Positions 36,687 to 48,732 of a stretch of 64,000 nt of DNA are shown here, piece after piece; positions within the stretch are counted from its first letter, which is position 1, and each line of letters begins with the position of its first letter. Position numbers and translations under genes: made by a program. The stretch comes from Planctomycetota bacterium. GTDB taxonomy: Bacteria; Planctomycetota; UBA1135; UBA2386. The stretch is taken from contig CANMWZ010000005.1 of assembly GCA_947501605.1 (NCBI GenBank), positions 64,001 to 128,000 of the forward strand, in the 5' to 3' direction. Under the pieces are notes generated by a model that had not been told where the DNA came from, did not search any database, and saw only the letters and a program-made list of their open reading frames with translations.

Positions 36687-37771
36687 AGCAAGTCGGCGAA
36701 GCCGTCCTGCTCGACCCGGCGGACCAACGTCTTCAGGTCGCCAGCTCGATCCTTGGGACAGACCATCACGGCATCGCCAACGGCGACCACGACGAGGTCG
36801 GTGACGCCGAACACAGCGATGGTTCGCTTCCCTTCCGCATAGAGGATGTTGCCGTTGCTCTCGCAGGCGACGCTGCGCGCGCCGCCACGCAAGACGGCTG
36901 TGTTGCCGTGATCGTCGGTCGTGCCGACGGCGGTGAGGGCCGGAAAGCTGCCGATGTCATCCCATTGCACGTTGGCGCGGACGACGGCCACGGATCGTGC
37001 TCGCTCCATGACGGCGTAGTCGATGGAGGTCTTCGGGGCGGCGCGGAACGCTCGGCGCACGGCAGCTGGCTTGTTCTGCAGCAAGGCGTTCAGCATCGCT
37101 AGAGCCGCTTTGCCGAGATCCGGGTTGCCGACGTTCATCGCATCGCGAATGGCGGGGATGGACCAGACGAAGATGCCGCTGTTCCACAGGAAGTTGCCGG
37201 CGGCGACGAACTGCTTTGCGGTCTCGAGGTCCGGCTTCTCGCGGAATCGCACCGCTGCCATCGCTTGCGGCTCGCTCGCGTCGAGCGGTTGCCCGCACTC
37301 GATGTAGCCGTAGCCAGTTGCCGGGTGGTCCGGCGTGATGCCGAACGTGACCAACGTCTTCTGGTCGGAGGCGATCTGGACGGCGCGCTGCAACATCGTC
37401 GTGAACGCGGTGATCGGCGTGATCAAGTGGTCTGCCGGCAGCAGGACCATGGTTGCTTCCGGGTCCTTCGCGGCGATGGTCGCGGTCGCCAGCGCCACGC
37501 AGGGGGCCGTGTCTCGCGCCTCGGGCTCGACCATGATCTGGTGGCGCGGGAAGCTGGGCATCACCTTCGGCAGCGCTCGGGCCTGAACCGGATTGGTCAC
37601 GATCCAGATGTTCTCGGGCGCGCACAGTGGCGCGAGCCGTTGCACTGTGGCTTCGATCAGTGTCAACCCACCGGCGAGCGGCAGAAACTGCTTCGGGCGC
37701 TTCTTGCGGCTTGCCGGCCAGAAACGGGTGCCGGAACCACCGGCCATGATCACTGCATGGAGTGTGGGCAT
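36683..37771 (-). CDS. manC: Mannose-1-phosphate guanylyltransferase
   Basis: IMAGGSGTRFWP.SR...PKQF, EP..RDTAP, PADH, GYGYI, FREKP, WNSGIF, SIDYAVME, WDDIGS. Confidence 0.93.
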   Translation of the reverse strand: MPTLHAVIMAGGSGTRFWPASRKKRPKQFLPLAGGLTLIEATVQRLAPLCAPENIWIVTNPVQARALPKVMPSFPRHQIMVEPEARDTAPCVALATATIAAKDPEATMVLLPADHLITPITAFTTMLQRAVQIASDQKTLVTFGITPDHPATGYGYIECGQPLDASEPQAMAAVRFREKPDLETAKQFVAAGNFLWNSGIFVWSIPAIRDAMNVGNPDLGKAALAMLNALLQNKPAAVRRAFRAAPKTSIDYAVMERARSVAVVRANVQWDDIGSFPALTAVGTTDDHGNTAVLRGGARSVACESNGNILYAEGKRTIAVFGVTDLVVVAVGDAVMVCPKDRAGDLKTLVRRVEQDGFADLL

Positions 37772-37779
37772 CGAGGCGA

Positions 37780-40700
37780 TCAGAAGTCGGAGCGAAGGGG
37801 GCGTTCGAGCCGCGGTGGCACAGGCTGCAGCCGTTGGCGTCGGGGGTCGCGCTGCGCAAACCAACGCTGTTCGGCTTGCACATCACGCACGTGGCCGAAC
37901 AGGTGGAAGCGCACGAGGTTGGAAGTGATCATCTGGATCACGGGCGGCAACAGCAGCATGTCGGCACCGCCGCCGAGGAAGCTGTCCGTCGTCACCGCCA
38001 CGTCGAGATAGCCTTCCATCGACATTTCGCCACCGCCGCGAAGCGTGATCAATGGTGACCGCAACGCCAAGTCCGAGAGATCGATCTTGCGATCGCGCAC
38101 GTTGAACTTTGCGGTCAGGTTCTCGAACCGAGGCCGGTTTTTTTCTGCCATCAAGGCGTAGATGGCGGTGAACAGAGGGACTGTCCCTAGGTTGCCATCA
38201 GCGATGGCAAGCTCGCCGCGTCCCTTCATGTCGACGAAGTCGAAACCGTCGAGACGCTCCAGTTCGATGTGGCCGCTGGTCGTGCCATGGAACGGCGTGG
38301 TGGTGAGTCCGCAGTGCACGAGGAACTCGCGCAAACTGACGCCGGCGAAGTTGAGGCTGGCAGAGAGTTGCCCTGGGCCGCCGTTCGAGTCGCCGAAGAC
38401 GTAGGTCAGCGCATCGGCTGCGGGGTCGCGTCCTTCGACGTTGCCACCGTGCAGCGAGAACTTGAGGTTCTGCAACGAGAAGTGGTCCGGCTCGACGATG
38501 AAGTCGGCGGTCGCGGTGCCAAACGGGTGGCTGAACAGCGACAGGGCGCCCTTGCTGAAGCTGCCGCGGATCGTGCCGCCGTCCTTGGTCACGCGACTCT
38601 CGGCGATCGCGAGGTTGCCGTTCACTTGTTGTAGGCGAGTGCCGAGAAGGCACTCGACGTCGAGTGCGTTGATCGAGCCTTTGAGGACCGTCTCGATGCG
38701 CTGGTCGGTGCCATCCTGGGGCAGCAGAAAGCGCAGCTGCAGGCCGTTGATGTCGATCGCGCCGCGCAGTTGCCGATCGAGCACTGCCTGCTTCATCGGA
38801 CCGACGAACAGCCGAGCAAACGTGTCGTCGAGCGGGAAACCCTGCGAACTGACGGTGAACGCGACCTCGGACCGAGCTTCCGTGGTCGACGGCCCGACAT
38901 AGCCATTGGAGCAGCTCACCAGCGCCGGTCCCATGCGCGCACGCAGGTCGGAAAAACGCAGCGCCCCATCGTGTACCTGGAGCTCGCCAGTGACCTCGGT
39001 CGCGGGCAGGGGCAGCATTTCTGCTGCGGATCGCACACCGCGTAGCAGCACGTCGTACTGGCGGTCAGACTTGCCGCCGCTGGTCTTCTGGCTCAGGACG
39101 AGGTCGACGATGCCCGATGGTCGCAACACGTCCCACGTGCCTTTGCCGACGGCACCGGTCCGCTCGAGTGTGAGGCCGAGTTCCGTGTCGAGTTCCAGCC
39201 CGCGAACCACTGCGGTCAGGTCCTCGCGATAGCCGTCCTTGCCGGTGTACAGCGTGCCCACGATCGCGAGTTCCGCTGGCGTCGCTCGCTGCGCTTGGAG
39301 CAAGCCACGCACCGCGTCGATCTGCACGTGGATCTCCTCGCCGCGACCATGCACGAACACTTGACCGCTTGCCTTCGCGACCGGCAAAGGAAACGAACTG
39401 GGCAGTGCGTGACCATCGTGTAGGTCGAGCGTCAGGTCGTAGAGCAGCTCGGCCTCGGCCTTGTTGCGACGCACATGCAGCACGGTGTCGGCGCGCCCGC
39501 TCGGTGCCAGTTCGCGCCATACGGCATCGAGCTTTGGCGCCAGCGTGGCGGTTGCCCCGCGCAGGTTCTCGTCGAGTGGGACGTTGGTGCCATCGATGCG
39601 CAGATCGATGCTGCCGAGTTCCAGTGCACCCTCTCGGTCCATCGGCGCCATGAGCTTGCCGCGCAGGTAGGCTTCACCGCCGGCGTAGCTGGCGCGGAGA
39701 TCGAGCTGCAGGCCTTCCGACCGAGCGATGATGTTGCCGGTCACGTTCTCGAGTGGCAGTGGAAAACCCTGCCACCGCGCTCGCGAGCCGAGCGGCGACA
39801 CAACGACCTGCCAAGTGCTCGCCTGGTCGCTTGTCGGTCGGATGCGCAGGCGAACGGACGCGGCGCCCTCTGGTGCAAACTGGTCGTACAGCGCGCCGTC
39901 GTCGCGCACGAGTTGCGCCAACGCCATCCGCAGCGCCGGCGTGAACTGAATCCGTGTAGCCTCGAGGTCGATGCTGACCTGCTCGGGGCCGGTGCTCTTG
40001 GGGTCAACGCGGCCTGAGATCGTGACTTCGCCACTGCCAGCCTCCGGAGCCAGTCGCGCGGTTACGTCTTCGATGCTGACGACGTTGTCGCGCAGGTGCA
40101 CGCGGCCCTCGGCGCCGACGACCGGCAGCGGAAATGCGGCCCGCGACTCGTCGGGGCCGAACCCGTGGTAGGACATCGCCACTCCGTGCAACTGCACATC
40201 AAGGTCTACGACCTCGTCGGAGTGGCCGTGCGCGCGCAAGTAGAGATCGAAGTCTGCGGTCCCGGCGGTTGGGCGCAGTCCATCGACGACGCTGCGGCCG
40301 GCCTGGAACGTCCGCAGTGCGGCGCGCACTGTGTCGTCGATCTCGACGTCGCGGCCAGTGCCGCGCACTTCGAGATGCGGATCGGTGAAGAAGCCGGAGA
40401 TCTTGGCCACAACCTCGGTCTGACCCGTGGGCAGGAGGCGCTGTCCGGTGAACTTCGCGGTGCCGCCGTCCTGCGTACTGATGACTCCGCGCACCGCCGC
40501 GCTGCGCAGCGGCACTGGGATCTCTGGCAGCGAGCAAGTCATGTCGCTGAACGTGAACGAACTGCTCGCGACTGCACCATCGGCGCCGTCGAGCGGCAAT
40601 TCGAGCTGTAGCACGAGTTCGTCGAGCTTGCCCGAGGCGACGTCGTCGCGCAGTTCGCTGCGCAACAGTGGTAGCAGACGCTGCAAGAAGGCGGCGTCGA

Positions 40701-41373
40701 CGGTCAGGTCGGCGATGCGGGCCTGAAGTCTGACGCGCTGCTGCTGCAGGTCGACTTCACCAATCACTTCCACGTCGACTTCGAGGTTCTTGCAGTGGGC
40801 GCTGCCGTGAAGGGTGCCGCGCCGCCGATCCGGGTTCCCGTCGTCGCCGAGCACTCGCTGCAGCTGCAACTCGACGTCGATGAACTCAAGATCCGGCACG
40901 CCATCGTCGACGCGGATCCGCGCGCTGCTGCGCGTGAGGCGCGCGGGCGTTACTTCGCCGATCCCAGCCGTGACGCCAGTTGCTGCCCGCTGCTCGCGCA
41001 GCAGTTTGGTGAGGTTTGGCGCGTGTGCCGCCGTGAGGTCGATGTCGACGCGCAGTCGGTCCATCTCGATCTCATGGAGTGCGAGCACGTTGCCCAACGG
41101 ATCGGTTTCGACGCCGAGTTGCACGGACTCGGCTGCAAGCAGGTTGCGGCCTTCGCGCTGCGGATCCGCGATCGTGATGTTCGACAGTGTCAGGCTGCCG
41201 CCGAACAGGTCCACCTGTGCGTTCTCGAGGTGGAAGCGCGTTGCCAGCAGTTGCTGCAGAAAGCTGCGTACGAGGCCCGTAGCCGCGCCGCTGCGTTGCA
41301 GCACGTACCAGGTGCCCAACATCAACGCTGCGACGATGGTCGCAGTCAGGATTGAGATGCGTCGCCAGCTCAT
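37780..41373 (-). CDS. AsmA-like/TamB-like large envelope protein
   Basis: About 1197 aa, N-terminal TM anchor, repetitive beta-strand pattern, AsmA_2-like C-terminus (L.SPLITL.G.G...G.LD). Confidence 0.75.
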   Translation of the reverse strand: MSWRRISILTATIVAALMLGTWYVLQRSGAATGLVRSFLQQLLATRFHLENAQVDLFGGSLTLSNITIADPQREGRNLLAAESVQLGVETDPLGNVLALHEIEMDRLRVDIDLTAAHAPNLTKLLREQRAATGVTAGIGEVTPARLTRSSARIRVDDGVPDLEFIDVELQLQRVLGDDGNPDRRRGTLHGSAHCKNLEVDVEVIGEVDLQQQRVRLQARIADLTVDAAFLQRLLPLLRSELRDDVASGKLDELVLQLELPLDGADGAVASSSFTFSDMTCSLPEIPVPLRSAAVRGVISTQDGGTAKFTGQRLLPTGQTEVVAKISGFFTDPHLEVRGTGRDVEIDDTVRAALRTFQAGRSVVDGLRPTAGTADFDLYLRAHGHSDEVVDLDVQLHGVAMSYHGFGPDESRAAFPLPVVGAEGRVHLRDNVVSIEDVTARLAPEAGSGEVTISGRVDPKSTGPEQVSIDLEATRIQFTPALRMALAQLVRDDGALYDQFAPEGAASVRLRIRPTSDQASTWQVVVSPLGSRARWQGFPLPLENVTGNIIARSEGLQLDLRASYAGGEAYLRGKLMAPMDREGALELGSIDLRIDGTNVPLDENLRGATATLAPKLDAVWRELAPSGRADTVLHVRRNKAEAELLYDLTLDLHDGHALPSSFPLPVAKASGQVFVHGRGEEIHVQIDAVRGLLQAQRATPAELAIVGTLYTGKDGYREDLTAVVRGLELDTELGLTLERTGAVGKGTWDVLRPSGIVDLVLSQKTSGGKSDRQYDVLLRGVRSAAEMLPLPATEVTGELQVHDGALRFSDLRARMGPALVSCSNGYVGPSTTEARSEVAFTVSSQGFPLDDTFARLFVGPMKQAVLDRQLRGAIDINGLQLRFLLPQDGTDQRIETVLKGSINALDVECLLGTRLQQVNGNLAIAESRVTKDGGTIRGSFSKGALSLFSHPFGTATADFIVEPDHFSLQNLKFSLHGGNVEGRDPAADALTYVFGDSNGGPGQLSASLNFAGVSLREFLVHCGLTTTPFHGTTSGHIELERLDGFDFVDMKGRGELAIADGNLGTVPLFTAIYALMAEKNRPRFENLTAKFNVRDRKIDLSDLALRSPLITLRGGGEMSMEGYLDVAVTTDSFLGGGADMLLLPPVIQMITSNLVRFHLFGHVRDVQAEQRWFAQRDPRRQRLQPVPPRLERPLRSDF

Positions 41374-41551
41374 GCGAGAGGGAACAGTGCGTTGCGGGTC
41401 GAACGCACAGCGTTCGCAGTGAGGTTGTAGCCTGCGCGCATGGTCCTCGTCGAGGCGCAGGATCGGAGGAAGAGCACTGAGGCTTCGAATCGCAGTGCAC
41501 GCGAAAACGTCGTGAACGGGCTCGGAGAGCCAGTTTCGACGCAGATTTCCT

Positions 41552-41579
41552 TTGACAGTGCGCGCGCAAAGGTCAAACT
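41552..41579 (+). promoter_or_regulatory. Putative sigma70 promoter for the histone-fold gene
   Basis: Perfect TTGACA at 41552-41557 with CAAACT 16 nt later; embedded in a TTTGAC-N15-GTCAAA inverted repeat. Confidence 0.45.
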
Positions 41580-41648
41580 CGCGCCCCATTCAGCGTTGGG
41601 ATGTTTCCACGCTGTCCGGTCAGAACCCTTTCACGAAGAGTCATTCCA

Positions 41649-41849
41649 ATGGCTGCCAAGAAGACCAAGAAGGCCGCTACCGGCGACCTCATCATCTCGA
41701 AGTCGCGCACCAAGGCCGCGGTCAAGAAGTGCAACGTCTCGTCGGACTTCTATCCGGCGCTCGACAAGGCCGTCCGCTCGCTGATTCAGATTGCTGAGTC
41801 GCGTGCGACCGGCAACAAGCGCAAGACGCTCCGCCCGCAGGATCTGTGA
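41649..41849 (+). CDS. Prokaryotic histone-fold protein (short alpha3 type) with a Lys-rich N-terminal tail
   Basis: MAAKKTKKAATG-DLIISKSRTKAAVKKCNVSSDFYPALDKAVRSLIQIAESRATGNKRKTLRPQDL; histone L2-alpha3 signature RKT....D; strongly biased (AAG, GCC, CGC) codons. Confidence 0.88.
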   Translation: MAAKKTKKAATGDLIISKSRTKAAVKKCNVSSDFYPALDKAVRSLIQIAESRATGNKRKTLRPQDL

Positions 41850-41894
41850 TCCTCGGAGGAGCCCGGCATCAAGCGCTCTCGGGCGTGAGGTGAC

Positions 41895-41927
41895 GAGAGG
41901 TCGGCCTGCTCACGCGGGCCGATTCTC
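41895..41927. terminator. Hairpin downstream of the histone gene, probable terminator between convergent genes
   Basis: GAGAGGTCGGCCTGC-TCAC-GCGGGCCGATTCTC; U-tract weak. Confidence 0.5.
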
Positions 41928-42127
41928 TGTACGGGGTGTTTCTCTGCGGGCCGGCGAGTTCCGTCGACGCCATGGTGCTCGCTACCGTGCTGCGGTCGGG
42001 CCCCGGCTACTTGGCCCCTGATTTTCTGGCCTGCTGCGGCCTGCTTGCCGCTGTCTGTCGTGCGGTTGCCTTGTGCGTGCTGCCGTTCGGCGTGCTGTTG
42101 TCTGGGGCGGCGACAGCAGCAACCAGT

Positions 42128-42805
42128 TCAACCGACGTACGAGCCGGTGAGATAGAGGGGCTCCAGTTCGAGTGGCGACACCTCCACCAGGCGCAGTTCG
42201 GCAGCAAACAGGGTCGAGGCCGAAACGTGCGGAATCGGCATCAGGACCGCGCCGGAGGCCGAAATCGTGGCCCCTATGCGTGCCTCGACCGCGGCGTCAA
42301 TCAGCACCACACAGTTGCGATCGAGCTGGCTGACAGCTTCGGCGTCGCTGGTGAGTCTTGGCGCATGCAGACTCTCGATCTGACCGCCGACGGCTCGGTG
42401 GGCGCCAAACTGCACGCGCTTCTGGCGACCGTCGAGCAGAACACAGATCTGTCGGTCGGCCAGCTCGGGGTTGGCGCGCAGAGCCGCCGCGGCCACGACC
42501 TCGAGGCCCTCGGCGGAGAGGATCCGGGCGCCCGAGAACGCAGCCAACGTGCGCGCGAACGTCACGGCGACGCGAAGACCGATGTAGGAACCAGGACCGC
42601 GATCGACGCGAAGTTCACGGACCTCGCTGGCGGCCATCCCCGCCTGCTGCAGCGCCTCTTGGACGAGCACGGCCAGATCGACGCGCTGGGCGATCGGGGC
42701 CCGCGTTTCCGACAGCGTGCCGCGACGTCCTACGGCGACGGCGAATGCCGTGTTGCCATCGACGTTGCCGCCGAGGATCGCGAGTGCATCCAGCTGTGGG
42801 CTCAT
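42128..42805 (-). CDS. tsaB: tRNA t6A biosynthesis protein TsaB
   Basis: GPGSYIGLRVAVTFARTLA, LDGRQ..V, LEPLYL. Confidence 0.85.
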   Translation of the reverse strand: MSPQLDALAILGGNVDGNTAFAVAVGRRGTLSETRAPIAQRVDLAVLVQEALQQAGMAASEVRELRVDRGPGSYIGLRVAVTFARTLAAFSGARILSAEGLEVVAAAALRANPELADRQICVLLDGRQKRVQFGAHRAVGGQIESLHAPRLTSDAEAVSQLDRNCVVLIDAAVEARIGATISASGAVLMPIPHVSASTLFAAELRLVEVSPLELEPLYLTGSYVG

Positions 42806-42815
42806 CGTGCGGAGC

Positions 42816-44168
42816 TCAGCCGAGCAATTCTGCGACGAGGTCGGCGAGTTCGCGACACAGGCGCTCGACGAGTTCGCCGTCGGCGGCCTCGATCATCACG
42901 CGGCAGAGCGGTTCGGTGCCCGAGTAGCGCAACAGGAGGCGGCCGTCATTGCCCAGGATGCGCTCGACCTCTGCCATGCGGGCAGCGAGAGCGGGGACCT
43001 CGGCGAACTTCGGCTTCTTGCTGACCGGCACGTTGATGAGCTTCTGCGGAAAGCGGCGGAATGAGGCAAAGGCGGCCGCCAGCCCGCGTTCCCGAACGCC
43101 CGGCAGCGACAACAGCCGCAGCGCCGTGAACACGCCATCGCCCGTCAGTTTGCCATCGCCGGCGAAGAGGATGTGACCCGATTGCTCGCCGCCGAGCGCA
43201 AGACCGCGTTCGCGCATCGCTTGCACGACATTGCGGTCGCCGACGGGGGTCACATGGACCTTGATGCCGGCGCTGCTGAGGGCGCGGTGAAGCCCGAGGT
43301 TGCTCATCACCGTCGCGGCCACGGTGGCGTGCGGGAGGTCGCCGTTCTGGTGCATGTGCATGCCGAACAGGCACAACTGATCGTCGCCGTCGCGGACGGT
43401 GCCGGTCTCGTCGACGAAGATGCCGCGATCGCCATCGCCGTCGAGGCAGATGCCGAGGTGGGCCCCGTGTTCGCGCACCGCATTGCGCACGAACTCGGGG
43501 TGAAGCGCGCCGACACCATCGTTGATGTTGAAGCCGTCGGGCTCGCACGCGACTTCGATGACCTCGGCGCCAAATGCGCGCAGGATGGTCGGCGCCAGCC
43601 CGGATCCGCCGCCGTGCGCTGCGTCCACGCACAGCTTCATGCCGGTGAGGTCCAGCGTCGGGTAGAGCTCGGCAAATTGGTCTTCGTAGGAGCGCAGCAG
43701 GTCGTGGCGCGGGCGCAAGCGCGGCGTGCCCGTCCGTTCGGGGCGCAACTCGCAGCTCAGCGATTCGAGTTCGCGCTCCTCAGCGTCGGCCAGTTTCGTG
43801 CCATCGTGGGAGAAGATCTTGATGCCGTTGTCGTGCGCGGGGTTGTGCGACGCGCTGATCATGATGCCGGCCGAGAACGGCTGCGTGCGGCAGAGGAAGG
43901 CCAGGGCCGGCGTGGTGCACAGACCGACGTCGGTCACGGCGACCTCGGCGGCGACGAGTCCTTGGGCGAGTGCCTCCAGGATCCACGGAGCCGACTCGCG
44001 CCCGTCATTGCCGCTGACGACGCGGATGGGGTCGATGCCTGTCTTCTGGAGCAGAACTCCGAGTGCGGCGCCGACTCGGCGCATGGTCTCGGGGTCGAGT
44101 GGTGCTTCGCCGGCGCGGCCGCGCAGGCCATCGGTACCGAACTGGGGGGGCTGGAACGACTCGCTCAT
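42816..44168 (-). CDS. glmM: Phosphoglucosamine mutase
   Basis: FGTDGLRG, ISASHNP..DNGIK, DGDGDR, VMSNLG, GGEQSGH, RYSGTEP. Confidence 0.95.
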   Translation of the reverse strand: MSESFQPPQFGTDGLRGRAGEAPLDPETMRRVGAALGVLLQKTGIDPIRVVSGNDGRESAPWILEALAQGLVAAEVAVTDVGLCTTPALAFLCRTQPFSAGIMISASHNPAHDNGIKIFSHDGTKLADAEERELESLSCELRPERTGTPRLRPRHDLLRSYEDQFAELYPTLDLTGMKLCVDAAHGGGSGLAPTILRAFGAEVIEVACEPDGFNINDGVGALHPEFVRNAVREHGAHLGICLDGDGDRGIFVDETGTVRDGDDQLCLFGMHMHQNGDLPHATVAATVMSNLGLHRALSSAGIKVHVTPVGDRNVVQAMRERGLALGGEQSGHILFAGDGKLTGDGVFTALRLLSLPGVRERGLAAAFASFRRFPQKLINVPVSKKPKFAEVPALAARMAEVERILGNDGRLLLRYSGTEPLCRVMIEAADGELVERLCRELADLVAELLG

Positions 44169-46105
44169 GGTGTTCGGATCAGTTCGACGGTGACCAGCTC
44201 CTCGAGCCCGAAGTCGGCAGCGTTGTCCCCGTCGCGAACCGAGTCGACCAAGTAGAGCCGCGCCCGAGCGAGGATCTTCTCGGGGTAGGAACTCTCGTCT
44301 TCGCGCGGCGGGATCCAGACCAACAGGCGAAGGTTGGCGCGGGCCCATTCGGCACGCGGGCCGGGCTCGAAGCCGACGAGCTTCGACAGCAGCGCGCCAC
44401 CGGCTTTGATGCGGACAGCCTTGGTCGGCGTATCGGGTCGATACTGGTTTCGCAGCTCGGGCGGCAGGGCTAGGTCGTCGACCAACACCGGCAGATCGAA
44501 GCTGTAGCCCTGCATCTCGGGCCGCAACTGCACGGTCAGCGAGCAGCGTTCGCGCAGGCGGAGACCGAGTTCTTCGAACTGGGGTTGCAGCGTGATCTGA
44601 GCCGGGATCTGGCGCGCACTCGACGGCGCCGCGAGCTGGGCGCGCATGGGGCGTTCGCCTTTGCGGGCGGCCAACTCCTCGTGGGCCCGGGCCGGTCCGA
44701 ACAACTCGACGGTCTTCGGCGTGAACTCGAAGGTGTCATCGCGCAGGCGTGCCCGCAGCCGCTCGTCGCCGTTGAACATCAGCTCGATCTGGTCGGCTCC
44801 GAGCTGGAGCGTTGTGACCTTGACGCGCACCACTTGGATACTCACGCGCGGTGGATCCATGACGATGGCGATCTTGCCGTCGACCAGGGCTCGGTGGGAC
44901 GGCTGAATGTCGGTGGCCGTGAACCCCGCCCTGTCGACCTTGTCCCACTCGACCTGCGGCAGCTTGACGCTGAGCTTCAGGCTGTCGCCATAGAGGTTCT
45001 CGATCGAGGTCTTCGGTCCCTCGAACGTCAACTTCACCGCGTCGATCGGCTCGCCGGTGCTGAGGTCGACGAACCCGGTGTGCGTCACCGTGTCGGTTGG
45101 GATGTTCACGAACAGTTCGTCGATGCCGGCGAGCTGAGGGAGCTGCTGGCCGATGCCGATCACGTCGAGTTTCATGGCGACGGTGTGCGACGCCGTGATG
45201 CGCTGGTCCATGGCCAGCCACAGCAAGATGGCGAGCCCGACGGCGGACAGCTTGCGCCACGGGTCGGCAGTGACCATCTGGCCCAGTGTGGTCACGATCG
45301 GGCGGCGCTGGGCAGCGCGCTCCCGGCGCTTCTGCGTGTTGAGCACGTCCTCCAGCTGTTTCTCGAGCGTCTCTTTGGTGATGGCGTAGCTGAGCTTGCC
45401 AGCGAGCGCGGTCGAGATCGTGCCGGTCTCTTCGGAGACGACGACGGCGAGTGCATCGGTTTCTTCGGACAGACCCAATGCCGCCCGGTGGCGCGTGCCA
45501 AGGCGCTTGTCCACCTCGGGGTTCTGACTCAAGGGCAGCAGGCAAGCCGCGGCGACCACTCGATTGTCGCGCAGGATCACTGCGCCGTCGTGCAGCGTGC
45601 TCTTGGGGTAGAAGAGCGATTCGAGCAACAGCGGTGAGAGTTCGGCGTCGAGATGGGTGCCGGAGTCCGCAATCGACTGCAGGGAGGCGTCGCGCTCGAT
45701 GGCGATCAGCGCGCCCATCTTGACCTTGCTCATGCTCTCAACGGCTCGCGACACCCGCTGGATGATCTTGGTCTCCTTGCGAAAGAGCCGGGCGAACACC
45801 TTCGATTCGCCGATGTGCACGATCGCCCGGCGCATCTCTGGGTGGAACACCACGATCAATGCAATGACCACGGACTGCACGATCATCTCGAACAGCTGCT
45901 TCAGCCGGTCCAGACCCATGAACTGGATCAAGAACAGGAACGATGCGACCCCGGCGACGCCGAGATACGCGAGGCCGCGGAGCACGTTGCTGCCGCGCGT
46001 TCGGCGCAGGAACCGCAGGCCGAAGTAGATCAGGGCGGCGAAGATCGCCACCTCGATCATCCGCTTCGATAGCTCCGCGAAGTCCGCCATTGCAATGCGC
46101 AGCAT
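44165..46105 (-). CDS. dacA: Diadenylate cyclase CdaA fused to a CdaR/YbbR-like extracytoplasmic region
   Basis: 3 N-terminal TMs, VFHPEMRR, GALIAIER, LHDGA, GTRHRAALG.SE.TDA...VSEETG; then TM WRKLSAVGLAILLWL and beta-rich YbbR-like repeats. Start 46105 or 46090. Confidence 0.9.
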   Translation of the reverse strand: MLRIAMADFAELSKRMIEVAIFAALIYFGLRFLRRTRGSNVLRGLAYLGVAGVASFLFLIQFMGLDRLKQLFEMIVQSVVIALIVVFHPEMRRAIVHIGESKVFARLFRKETKIIQRVSRAVESMSKVKMGALIAIERDASLQSIADSGTHLDAELSPLLLESLFYPKSTLHDGAVILRDNRVVAAACLLPLSQNPEVDKRLGTRHRAALGLSEETDALAVVVSEETGTISTALAGKLSYAITKETLEKQLEDVLNTQKRRERAAQRRPIVTTLGQMVTADPWRKLSAVGLAILLWLAMDQRITASHTVAMKLDVIGIGQQLPQLAGIDELFVNIPTDTVTHTGFVDLSTGEPIDAVKLTFEGPKTSIENLYGDSLKLSVKLPQVEWDKVDRAGFTATDIQPSHRALVDGKIAIVMDPPRVSIQVVRVKVTTLQLGADQIELMFNGDERLRARLRDDTFEFTPKTVELFGPARAHEELAARKGERPMRAQLAAPSSARQIPAQITLQPQFEELGLRLRERCSLTVQLRPEMQGYSFDLPVLVDDLALPPELRNQYRPDTPTKAVRIKAGGALLSKLVGFEPGPRAEWARANLRLLVWIPPREDESSYPEKILARARLYLVDSVRDGDNAADFGLEELVTVELIRTP

Positions 46106-46358
46106 CCATAGCGGCGTGGCAGCGCTGATGCCACAGCCGAACCTCGTCGATGCGTGTCTAGAAGTGGTTTCCTAGCCCGCTAGCGCTTCCCGAAGGCCCC
46201 GTCGATCGATGCCGGCGTCGCGAACTCGCCGCCCAATCACCAGGTTGCGCTGCGAGTCCGACTCTCGCCCTCGGCTGCCGTGGCTTGGCCGCGCGCGCTC
46301 GACCTTGGTGCCACGACAGAGTGCCGCGGACCGTCGCGGTTGCGCCGGCCCGCCGCGG

Positions 46359-48668
<2,310 letters not shown>

Positions 48669-48732
48669 GGAGTTCCCGGGTTTGGCGGGTCAGACGCCGC
48701 GATTGTGCCGGCGCGCGGACCCTTTAGATTCG

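Noticed and set aside
41930..42127. Small ORF (42007-42207, minus strand) or sRNA downstream of the histone gene
   Set aside because: Overlaps the tsaB 3' end, has low-complexity translation and lacks an RBS or recognisable structure.
46106..46358. Riboswitch or folP remnant between ftsH and dacA
   Set aside because: Only short GC hairpins; no recognisable c-di-AMP riboswitch consensus or dihydropteroate synthase motifs.
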